DNA from: a virus
DNA length: 37,358 nt
Reading direction: 5' to 3' (one strand)
Virus genome (UHGV): UHGV-0063828
Notes under the pieces: generated by a model
What the model was told of the DNA's origin: nothing
Databases searched by the model: none
What the model saw: only the letters and a program-made list of their open reading frames with translations
Position numbers and translations under genes: made by a program
Shown here: positions 1-7,350 of the stretch, in pieces
Numbering within the stretch: position 1 is the first letter of the stretch
How the letters are laid out: each line of letters starts with the position of its first letter

Positions 1-49
1 ATAAAAAAGCCCCATCACAAGGACAGGGCTATAGAATCAATCACTTACA

Positions 50-355
50 TCACTTAATATCTTTCATTCTACGGATACGCGCGCTTGCTTCCGGTAGTTC
101 ATCCAGTGTTACGTGATAAGCAAGCATACAGACAGGAGTCGGATCGAATCCCTCATGAGTATTGATCAGATGGCTATTCCCGCCTTTAAACTCATCCTGT
201 CCATCCCACATAGCGTACACGTCATCTTCTGCTACATAGATAATCAATCCAATAGGGGAGTTAGTAAGCTGGAAGATGCAGCCAGTAGAATCAATGCGAT
301 GTTCCCGAACGTCATCAACAGTTTCAAAGTCAATCTTAATATCTTTAGTCTTCAT
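50..355 (-). CDS. Hypothetical protein (101 aa)
   Basis: ATG start with GAGGG Shine-Dalgarno on minus strand; weak hairpin plus T-run downstream; no recognisable motifs. Confidence 0.5.
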   Translation of the reverse strand: MKTKDIKIDFETVDDVREHRIDSTGCIFQLTNSPIGLIIYVAEDDVYAMWDGQDEFKGGNSHLINTHEGFDPTPVCMLAYHVTLDELPEASARIRRMKDIK

Positions 356-653
356 GATTTGCCCTCGCGTGAAAATATTTTCGATTATTTATAAAAAAGA
401 CTTGACAAAATCAAAAGGTACTGTTCCACTGGTGAAATAAAGGGAGTTTTCGGCACCCCGGTTTTTGATGTGCGTGTGAGATTTCAAAACAGGTGCAGTG
501 CAGCCCACCAGCGCGGTCGCTACGCGACTATTAACACCAGCCAATCCCTTTCCCCGCCTCGATCTTTCCCTTCGTTATAAAGCGTTTTAGGCGCTCTCCT
601 GAATGCGCAGATCAGATAAATAATTTTACGCAAATTTAATGGAGGATAACCGG

Positions 654-1208
654 ATGAAAGAAGAATTAACCCTTACAGAAATTTCCCGCTTATACGGCTA
701 TACAATTAACGCCGCTAAGAAATGGTTAGAAAGGGGTCTACCGATGAACACCCACACGCGTCGTGTACCACTCAAGGAAGGGACCGAATGGATAGCAAAA
801 AATATCATCAGTCCACTCAGGGAAACTACTGTCAAAGAACAAATCGACGTAGAGAAGTTACGCCGCGAGAGAGCATTAGCGGACGCAGCCGAACGAGAGA
901 ACCAGGAAGCAATGAATCTCCTGATTCCCGTCGGTTATGTAGAACAGCAACTAGCGGAATATTGTGGGAAAGTTAAAACTACCATCTTACAAATTTGTAC
1001 GATTGACGTTTTAGAAATTCTCGAATCTGCGAGTGACCAGAAAACATTAAAGAATAAGCTAAGGGAGATTATCGAGCGTCGTTTAAATGAAGTAGGTGAC
1101 TTGTTCGAAAATGCAGATTTGGGAGAAGACGAGGAAGAAGAATTACCATTAATGGATGAACCGGAAGAACAAGAACCAGAAGAAGACGATGAATTTGATG
1201 TGTCTTAA
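654..1208 (+). CDS. Nu1-like winged-HTH protein, putative terminase small subunit
   Basis: GGAGGA SD 7 nt before ATG at 654 (track start 639 lies inside the SD). N-terminal LTLTEISRLYGYTINAAKKWLERGLPM resembles the lambda Nu1 HTH as recalled; coiled-coil middle; acidic C-terminal tail. Confidence 0.45.
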   Translation: MKEELTLTEISRLYGYTINAAKKWLERGLPMNTHTRRVPLKEGTEWIAKNIISPLRETTVKEQIDVEKLRRERALADAAERENQEAMNLLIPVGYVEQQLAEYCGKVKTTILQICTIDVLEILESASDQKTLKNKLREIIERRLNEVGDLFENADLGEDEEEELPLMDEPEEQEPEEDDEFDVS

Positions 1209-1303
1209 AACGCGTTATAAATAAATGTATGAAAGATGTTGAACGGGTCAACGTCTACGGGGGGAGAACATCCCCCGCTTAACTTTTAAGAGGATATAAA
1301 ACT

Positions 1304-1588
1304 ATGGCTACTTTTATTACCTATGCTGTCATCATTACTATTCTGGCTGTTATTTCTGCTTATAAACTCGGAACCGAAAATAGAGAACGTGCTGAATTAT
1401 TCTTAGGTGCGTTTGTTGCATTTGCTAGCCTTGCGTTAATTGTCGAAGGAATTTCTTATATTGTTGGCCTAGTTAGTATGACACTTTTTAACTTCCATCC
1501 AACTATTGCTATGCATTTGATGCTGACCGTACTTTGGGTATATTGCTTAATCGAATTTTTAACGTTTGTTTTCAAACAGACTAAATAA
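1304..1588 (+). CDS. Small integral membrane protein (94 aa, 3-4 predicted TM helices)
   Basis: AAGAGGA SD; strongly hydrophobic throughout; followed by tetraloop terminators. Confidence 0.5.
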   Translation: MATFITYAVIITILAVISAYKLGTENRERAELFLGAFVAFASLALIVEGISYIVGLVSMTLFNFHPTIAMHLMLTVLWVYCLIEFLTFVFKQTK

Positions 1589-1746
1589 TATTGTAATCTG
1601 CCTTTTCTCCTTATGTGGTTTTAACAGGGGGCTTTCGAAAGAGAGTTCCCGATTAAAAGCCATAAAACACATTCAGTACAGTGTTTTCATAGTCAGTGAT
1701 CTATACAACATAAAAACATAACAAGTATAGATTGAGTATTAATCCT

Positions 1747-1773
1747 CCCGCCCTTCGGGGCGGTTATTTTTCT
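1747..1773 (+). terminator. Intrinsic terminator with UUCG tetraloop
   Basis: CCGCCC-TTCG-GGGCGG followed by TTATTTTT. Confidence 0.7.
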
Positions 1774-1847
1774 GGCTTTACTAGATAATGTAGCATTATG
1801 TTCATTATAACCTCATCTTTGTTGTGCAACCTAACCTAAACTTACTA

Positions 1848-1873
1848 GGGACTCTTCGGAGTCCCTTTTTTTA
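1848..1873 (+). terminator. Intrinsic terminator with UUCG tetraloop
   Basis: GGGACTC-TTCG-GAGTCCC followed by TTTTTTT. Confidence 0.7.
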
Positions 1874-2812
1874 TTGGCAGTAAGAAAAGTTAGTACCGTA
1901 CATTTCATCATGAAGCATTGCAGCATTGCGTTTCTGTTCTTCTTCCTCATCTTCTACATCACTAGAAAAATGAGATTTGCCCTTAAAAGAACGAAGTAAT
2001 TGCAGTGCAGCCATCGGATCACGCATCACATCGATTTTCACTTCTACTTCATCATTTGCGGCCTCATCAGCCGCGTTTTCAACTACTGCTACCGGAGCAA
2101 CTTCTTTAGCTTTCAGTTCTTCAATCTCAGCTTTCTGTGCTTCGATAATCTGGTCTTTTTCTTCCAGTGCAGCTTTCAGTTCTGCGATCTGTGCTTCCAG
2201 TGCAGCAAAGCGATCTTCAACAACCGGAGAAACAGCATTCACCTGTGCTTCCAGTTCCAGAAATGCTTCGCAAGATTCAATACGTTCTTTCTCTTCACCT
2301 TCATAAGCAACCAGTTCTACAACTTCTTTTTCGGTAGCGTGGCTGTTAAAGAAAACAGCAAAGTAAGGATTGCCGGATTTAGTGAAGTTCAGTTTAGCTT
2401 TTCCGGTAACTTCTTTACGACGACCGAAGGTGATCTGGCAATCAGCGGTATCCTGAAAATCCATGTTAGGAGCGGAAACGATAGCAGTATCACCAGCAAT
2501 AACCAGGTGGAACAGTTCAGAAGAGTTCTTAACGGTAAAGGTAACGATGTGGTCTACTGCAACGTCTTTAGCTGGTTTAACGCGGTCGATTGCTTTACGA
2601 ATGCCGTTAGGCAGTTTACCGTCAACACCAAAGCCAGCCGCGATCAGTGCTTCACGATGTGCTTTAAAGCCAGCGAAAGCGGATTTCTGCTGTGCAAAGG
2701 AAACATGAGCAACAACTTTCGGCTGAATCTTCTTGTTTGCTTCTGTGCCAAATTTGATAACTGCTTTAGCGTTGGTTACTTCGTTAGTGAAAAAGTTAGC
2801 GGAAAATAACAT
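1871..2812 (-). CDS. Hypothetical protein with coiled-coil segment and acidic C-terminal region (313 aa)
   Basis: ATG start with GGAG upstream; heptad-like AALEAQIAELKAALEEKDQIIEAQKAEIEELKAKE; acidic stretch DVEDEEEEQ near C-terminus. Confidence 0.5.
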   Translation of the reverse strand: MLFSANFFTNEVTNAKAVIKFGTEANKKIQPKVVAHVSFAQQKSAFAGFKAHREALIAAGFGVDGKLPNGIRKAIDRVKPAKDVAVDHIVTFTVKNSSELFHLVIAGDTAIVSAPNMDFQDTADCQITFGRRKEVTGKAKLNFTKSGNPYFAVFFNSHATEKEVVELVAYEGEEKERIESCEAFLELEAQVNAVSPVVEDRFAALEAQIAELKAALEEKDQIIEAQKAEIEELKAKEVAPVAVVENAADEAANDEVEVKIDVMRDPMAALQLLRSFKGKSHFSSDVEDEEEEQKRNAAMLHDEMYGTNFSYCQ

Positions 2813-2855
2813 TATAAATACTCCGTGGAAAGTTAGTTTTAATTGTTCATTTCAA

Positions 2856-2893
2856 GCCTCCCTTGTTGCAGCAAAGGAGGCTTTTTCTTTTTT
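2856..2893 (+). terminator. Plus-strand intrinsic terminator located between two minus-strand genes
   Basis: GCCTCC...GGAGGC stem followed by TTTTTCTTTTTT. Confidence 0.55.
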
Positions 2894-2925
2894 AAAGCCA
2901 TCATATAATTCTCAGTGAAAGGTTA

Positions 2926-3108
2926 TTACCACACCTCTGCGGTAATCTTTACTTTAATGTCATACTTCTTTAAGAGTTTGTGGAAGGTTGATTGATCAAT
3001 ACCTTCACCTTTAAACCATTCACCCATCACTACATCAGGTGTCAGTTCAAAATAACGCTTTGCCATTTCTAAAACGATTTCGCGAGTGAACTTAACAGGT
3101 CGTGCCAT
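2926..3108 (-). CDS. Small HTH-type DNA-binding protein (60 aa), candidate regulator
   Basis: Strong AGGAGGA SD before ATG; borders the large repeat-rich non-coding region and is divergent from the rightward early genes. Confidence 0.5.
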   Translation of the reverse strand: MARPVKFTREIVLEMAKRYFELTPDVVMGEWFKGEGIDQSTFHKLLKKYDIKVKITAEVW

Positions 3109-3626
3109 CTCGAATCCTCCTAAATCTGGATTAATGATTTCTTAAAAAAGAGCGTTAACCGCTCACTATTATTTATATGGGGATTGTATTTTATTTTTCA
3201 ACCCCTCACATTTATCTCTTATATATGTATTTATAACAGAGATATGTTAAAATGTTATTCAGATGTTATCAGGCGTGTTAAATGTGTTAAACCACAGCAC
3301 GAATTGCTAAAGCGAAGAACACGATTTAACCAAATTGATGTTTATTCAATCAATTTAGAAAAAGGCATAGCACTTTTTGCTAAAGCGGTGAGCATTAATT
3401 GAGCTATGAATTGTAAAGATTTGTTACAAGATTTTCTCTCAGATCCAAATCTTCACAGACATATAACAATTTAACACGGTGATAACAATAGGAAGGAAAA
3501 TCGGTAAATTTTCACTTTCAATACAAATATTATACCACATTTTTCTCGAATTGTCAAGTATAGCACCAAACCTACATAGTGTCAAGAAAGGACTTTCAAA
3601 CCTACACTAGCCCTACACTATGAAAA

Positions 3627-3866
3627 TTGCCCCTGAATTTTTGCCCCTGAACCAAAATCCCCCTAGATTCCACATCCCATTTTTGCCCCTGAAACCCACT
3701 ATTTTTGCCCCTGAAATTCTGGGGAACAGTGATTTTGCCCCTCATTTTTGCCCCTGAAATGCCAATAATTGCCCCTGAAAATCTCATTTTTGCCCCTGAA
3801 ATTTGCCCCCGAAAAGGATTGGTGAGAAAAACTCTTTATAAAACATTAACTTAGTGAGGGGCAAAA
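3627..3866 (+). repeat. Iteron-like array: 7 perfect and 2 variant direct copies of TTGCCCCTGAA, plus one inverted copy
   Basis: Perfect copies start at 3627, 3641, 3683, 3705, 3748, 3769, 3790; variants at 3735 and 3803; inverted GAGGGGCAAAA at 3856-3866; same motif forms the hairpin at 6324-6345. Confidence 0.85.
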
Positions 3867-4016
3867 GCGAGGGATCGGGCGTGCATAGATATTATATAAC
3901 ACATTCGCTACGCTCATGTGTAAAACCAAAAACAACAAATAACCAAAAAGATATTAGGAGGGCGTAGCCCGACTGCGCGAAGCGCCAACCAATTACTTCT
4001 AGTAACAACTAATTTA

Positions 4017-4230
4017 AACTAGATGATCTTAGAAGGAATTAACTAGTTTGCTCGCTCGCTTCGCTCACTCTCAAACGTCTGCGACGCCACTGCGTGGCAT
4101 CGAGAATCACTTCTGAAAGGATTTTCTTGAAAGGGATTTTAAACTAGTTACTAACTGATTCTAGAAAGATAGTAATAATCACTTTGAAGATAATAGTAGT
4201 TAACTGGTTACTAGATGATTCTAGATCACT
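4017..4230. repeat. Cluster of ACTAG-centred palindromes and direct repeats
   Basis: AACTAGTT at 4041-4048 and 4142-4149; AACTAGATGATCTTAGAA at 4017-4037 vs TTACTAGATGATTCTAGATC at 4208-4229; TCTAGA sites. Confidence 0.7.
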
Positions 4231-4485
4231 TTAATGATCATGAAAGGTATTGGTTATCCCTTCGGGATTGCAACCTTCGGTTGCTAAATTGCTTCCTGAT
4301 TATAATTTCTCCAAAAGAAAGATTCTTATATTCTAAAGATACTTCTTCGTTTTGATGATGATTTAATCAAAATCTATGAAGGAGGCGAAGCCGACTGAAT
4401 CCAATCACTTCCAAATAGATAAAAAATTCTCGTTATAAATACTAGTGTAATTTGTTTGATTCACTTTCTTTTAGAGGATACCACT

Positions 4486-4938
4486 ATGATCAATACTAAA
4501 ACTCCTTTCATTCTTCTGGGTCTGAACCATGATGATAATCTGGCTATGATGCATGTTTTCGCTAATCGTGGTTATAACATCATTCGTCATTCCGAAGACT
4601 CCAATTTCTCAACTGCTTTCTATGCTCTTAAACGTAATGGTCGCCCTACGGTTATCGTAGACTGCTTTACTGATGAAGGTCGTGAACAATACAACAACAT
4701 TCCGGCAATTATTGTTCGTGATGACCTGCCGTTTGATGTTCGTGAATATGACGTTGATTTAGGCTCTTACTACGGGATCGCGGATCTTGACCAGATTATG
4801 GCTGATTATGGTAAACAACCCGCTCAGGAAGCCCCAGAACACGATGAACAAGACGAAGATGACGACGACTACGCACCAATCGCTTTTTCTTCTCACGGTG
4901 GCTTCTACGGTTACGATGAAGGCTTAGATATGCTGTAA
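4486..4938 (+). CDS. Acidic early protein (150 aa), function unknown
   Basis: AGAGGA SD before ATG at 4486 (track start 4456 is a TTG); first gene after the non-coding region; very acidic C-terminal half (EHDEQDEDDDDY). Confidence 0.5.
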   Translation: MINTKTPFILLGLNHDDNLAMMHVFANRGYNIIRHSEDSNFSTAFYALKRNGRPTVIVDCFTDEGREQYNNIPAIIVRDDLPFDVREYDVDLGSYYGIADLDQIMADYGKQPAQEAPEHDEQDEDDDDYAPIAFSSHGGFYGYDEGLDML

Positions 4939-4973
4939 GTTAGGTCAACCCTTTGGCGTTTTGTCAAGGGGTA

Positions 4974-5003
4974 TTGACAAAATTTTATGACTTTTTTATG
5001 ATT
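4974..5003 (+). promoter_or_regulatory. Sigma70-like promoter TTGACA-N18-TATGAT with adjacent palindrome TTGTCAA-N6-TTGACAA (4961-4980)
   Basis: Hexamers read directly; located upstream of the gene at 5059. Confidence 0.45.
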
Positions 5004-5058
5004 ATCGCACTTGACAACTTTGAACCTATTTGACCTAGATTTGTAAAGAGGGTGTAAC

Positions 5059-5391
5059 ATGAAAGAATTTACCATCACTAAATCCCTGTATGACTGGACT
5101 GTTAAAATCTCCGGCAAAACCGTTTCTGTAAGCCCTAGCCATGTAGAAAATGATTGGGGCGTATCCCGTGAAACAATCTCCCGTAGTATGCATGTTCCGT
5201 TTGATCTGATGTCCTTAACTGGTATTCATGCAATGCTGGAAGTTCGCGAGCAATTCGAAGCTGGTAATCACAATGCGACTCCAGTTAGCAATCACCTTCT
5301 TACTAATGAAGAACGTGAAATCATCGAAAACTGGCGTTATGAATATGCGATTCCTTATTATGAAGAAGACCAAGTAGAAATCGATTGGTAA
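5059..5391 (+). CDS. Hypothetical protein (110 aa)
   Basis: AGAGGG SD; preceded by promoter-like TTGACA-N18-TATGAT. Confidence 0.5.
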   Translation: MKEFTITKSLYDWTVKISGKTVSVSPSHVENDWGVSRETISRSMHVPFDLMSLTGIHAMLEVREQFEAGNHNATPVSNHLLTNEEREIIENWRYEYAIPYYEEDQVEIDW

Positions 5392-5487
5392 TAAATTTCT
5401 ATCATAAATAAAATTGTTCCGGTGGTGATGCCGGAACTAGGAGGACCAATATCATTATCGCAAAACCGTTTAAGGGGAATTTTTACT

Positions 5488-6318
5488 ATGAATACTGTTA
5501 CTACTATGAATACTGCTGTTAAAACTGCTTCCGTGTCTCTGGTTGTTGATAACACCAAACCGCTGACCATGTCTTCTCGTCAGATCGCTGAATTTACCGG
5601 AAAAGAACACAAAAACGTTAAACGTGATATTAAATCCATGCTCGATGCTCTGGAATTAGATGTGCTCAGTTTTGAGCGCACCTATCTTGATCAGTGTGGA
5701 CGTGAACAAACCGAATATCACCTTGACGAAGAACTTACGCTGACTCTTGTTACTGGTTACGATGTTAAGCGTCGAATGGTTGTTATTCAGGAATGGAAAC
5801 GACTGAAAGAAGAAAATGAAAAACTGCGTTCTCAGCAAGTCAACCCATACGCAAACATGACTAAGCTCGATTGGATTCGTGAGGCAATGGAATTGGAAGC
5901 CGCAAACGAACAACTGATTCAAGAAAAGAAACAACTGGTTGAATTGCATGTTCGTAAAGCTATCGACACACACAGTCTTAGCCGCTTATTAGGCGAAAAA
6001 CGAGGCTCTACGAAGGTACAAATTATTCTGAAAGGTTTATGTGCTGCTGGTGTTCTTGAGCGTCGTCTGGATGCTTCTGGTAAGCCTAAAGGCTATGATC
6101 TGCTTCCTCCTGGCTATATGTTCGCTCGTATGTCGGCACACGGTCAGATCGAGTTCACTGCTGATGCTATCCCGCATCTCGTAAAACTCGGATTGCTTGA
6201 AGAAGAAAAGGCCGCAACTTTGAAATTGCCACAGCCGAATAACTCACGAGCAATCGTCAATAATACTGCTTTGCTGATTCGTCAGAATGCTGGATCACTG
6301 GAACACTTCGGACTGTGA
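5488..6318 (+). CDS. Rha-family phage regulatory protein / antirepressor
   Basis: Motif MSSRQIAEFTGKEHKNVKRDIKSML matches the Rha N-terminal signature as recalled; AAGGGG SD before ATG at 5488; tetraloop-free hairpin terminator downstream. Confidence 0.6.
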   Translation: MNTVTTMNTAVKTASVSLVVDNTKPLTMSSRQIAEFTGKEHKNVKRDIKSMLDALELDVLSFERTYLDQCGREQTEYHLDEELTLTLVTGYDVKRRMVVIQEWKRLKEENEKLRSQQVNPYANMTKLDWIREAMELEAANEQLIQEKKQLVELHVRKAIDTHSLSRLLGEKRGSTKVQIILKGLCAAGVLERRLDASGKPKGYDLLPPGYMFARMSAHGQIEFTADAIPHLVKLGLLEEEKAATLKLPQPNNSRAIVNNTALLIRQNAGSLEHFGL

Positions 6319-6325
6319 TAATTTT

Positions 6326-6356
6326 TGCCCCTGAATTTCAGGGGCTTTTTGTTTTC
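6326..6356 (+). terminator. Intrinsic terminator after the Rha-like gene, built from the iteron motif
   Basis: GCCCCTGAA-T-TTCAGGGGC followed by TTTTTGTTTT. Confidence 0.7.
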
Positions 6357-6364
6357 TATAGGTA

Positions 6365-6389
6365 TAAAAAAGCCACTCCGAAGAGTGGC
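6365..6389 (-). terminator. Minus-strand intrinsic terminator with UUCG tetraloop
   Basis: On minus strand GCCACTC-TTCG-GAGTGGC followed by TTTTTT. Confidence 0.65.
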
Positions 6390-6397
6390 AATGAGAA

Positions 6398-6625
6398 TCA
6401 AACTCCGTTGATTGGTACAACCTCTCCACCGTCTACACGTATAAAGAACTCGACATTAAGTTTCTTCATACTTTTATAAAACTGGGCGGTGGAGATGCCC
6501 AGATCGTTTAATACTTTCTCTCTGCTTTCTTTACCTTTGCCAGCTTTGTAAAACTCGTAGCAAATGTATGCCAGTTGTTCACGATTAAAACGGGCAGGGC
6601 GACCGCGAGTAGCTTTAGTAGTCAT
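6398..6625 (-). CDS. Small DNA-binding-like protein (75 aa) sharing a C-terminal motif with the adjacent 200 aa protein
   Basis: Start placed at ATG with GGAGAAA SD (track start is a GTG); RGRP N-terminus; C-terminal KKLNVEFFIRVDGGEVVPI resembles [21 protein letters not shown] of the neighbour. Confidence 0.4.
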   Translation of the reverse strand: MTTKATRGRPARFNREQLAYICYEFYKAGKGKESREKVLNDLGISTAQFYKSMKKLNVEFFIRVDGGEVVPINGV

Positions 6626-6660
6626 AGTCATTTTCTCCAAATTAAAGTGAATGTTCACCT

Positions 6661-7263
6661 TTATTTAGAGGACTTAGATTTTATAGGAAAAAGTTCTCCA
6701 TCGTCAATACTCATAAAGAACTCAACCTTAATCCCGTACTTCTTCAACCGTGAATAATATGTACCCCGACTTATATCAACCTTGCGAAGCACTTCAAAGA
6801 AGGATTTAGGATCGTTGTAATAGTGGCTGTACTTCACGTTAGCGAGTTCAACGAATAGTTCCCTTGTATCACCATAGCCTTTCTTGAAAGCGATGTTACG
6901 AGGCATTGTAACAGCCATATTATCCCGTGTCTGTTTCAACACTTCTCGGATCGGCTTCCACTGCAACCGATAGATAGGACCGTCATCAATGCGATAATAA
7001 CGCTTGATATCAAAATCAAACCATTCACGGACTCGCTGAAACTCTGTCTGTGATGTTCGGTGCTTCTTAAAGAAGTTATGGATATCTGTATACCCATGAT
7101 CGCGATACAACTCGATTAAAATTTGCTTCGCTTCTTCGCGACTAAAGCCGGATGTTGTGTAATCAGTCTTCTTGTGATGGTGCTTAACTGGCAAACGATA
7201 TTCATGATCGGTACAAGACAAGGCTAATTCTAATTCATCTCTTTCTTGCTGATTAATTAGCAT
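6661..7263 (-). CDS. Hypothetical protein (200 aa) with repeated HTH-like modules
   Basis: Strong AAGGAGGG SD; internally repeated helix-rich units; divergent from the large terminase gene. Confidence 0.5.
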   Translation of the reverse strand: MLINQQERDELELALSCTDHEYRLPVKHHHKKTDYTTSGFSREEAKQILIELYRDHGYTDIHNFFKKHRTSQTEFQRVREWFDFDIKRYYRIDDGPIYRLQWKPIREVLKQTRDNMAVTMPRNIAFKKGYGDTRELFVELANVKYSHYYNDPKSFFEVLRKVDISRGTYYSRLKKYGIKVEFFMSIDDGELFPIKSKSSK

Positions 7264-7350
7264 ACACCCTCCTTAAATCTTAATACCCGTATTTATCAAA
7301 AAATCAACAATTTAATAAATACCTTCATATTTCGTAATGAGGGTAATTAC

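Noticed and set aside
722-976. 84 aa plus-strand ORF overlapping the Nu1-like gene in another frame
   Set aside because: Arg/Ser-rich shadow frame inside a better-supported gene
2000-2809. 269 aa plus-strand ORF and other ORFs (1977-2306, 2463-2708) overlapping the minus-strand gene 1871-2812
   Set aside because: Shadow ORFs on the opposite strand of a gene with a proper start and SD; Phe/Cys-rich low-complexity translation with no start context
3184-3402. 72 aa plus-strand ORF in the AT-rich non-coding region
   Set aside because: Begins at a TTG with no SD; low-complexity translation; region better explained as regulatory DNA
3602-3787. 61 aa minus-strand ORF across the iteron array
   Set aside because: Reading frame created by the repeated TTGCCCCTGAA motif; repetitive translation and no SD
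3627-3866. Possibility that the direct-repeat array is a CRISPR array
   Set aside because: Repeats are only 11 bp with irregular 2-30 bp spacers, no cas genes nearby, and the motif recurs in a terminator
3109-4455. tRNA genes in the long non-coding region
   Set aside because: No convincing cloverleaf or GTTCGAATCC-type T-loop with matching acceptor stem found by eye; cannot be fully excluded without a covariance-model search
5422-5487. Upstream extension of the Rha-like gene to the track start at 5422
   Set aside because: A proper AAGGGG SD precedes the ATG at 5488; the extension has no SD and overlaps a hairpin
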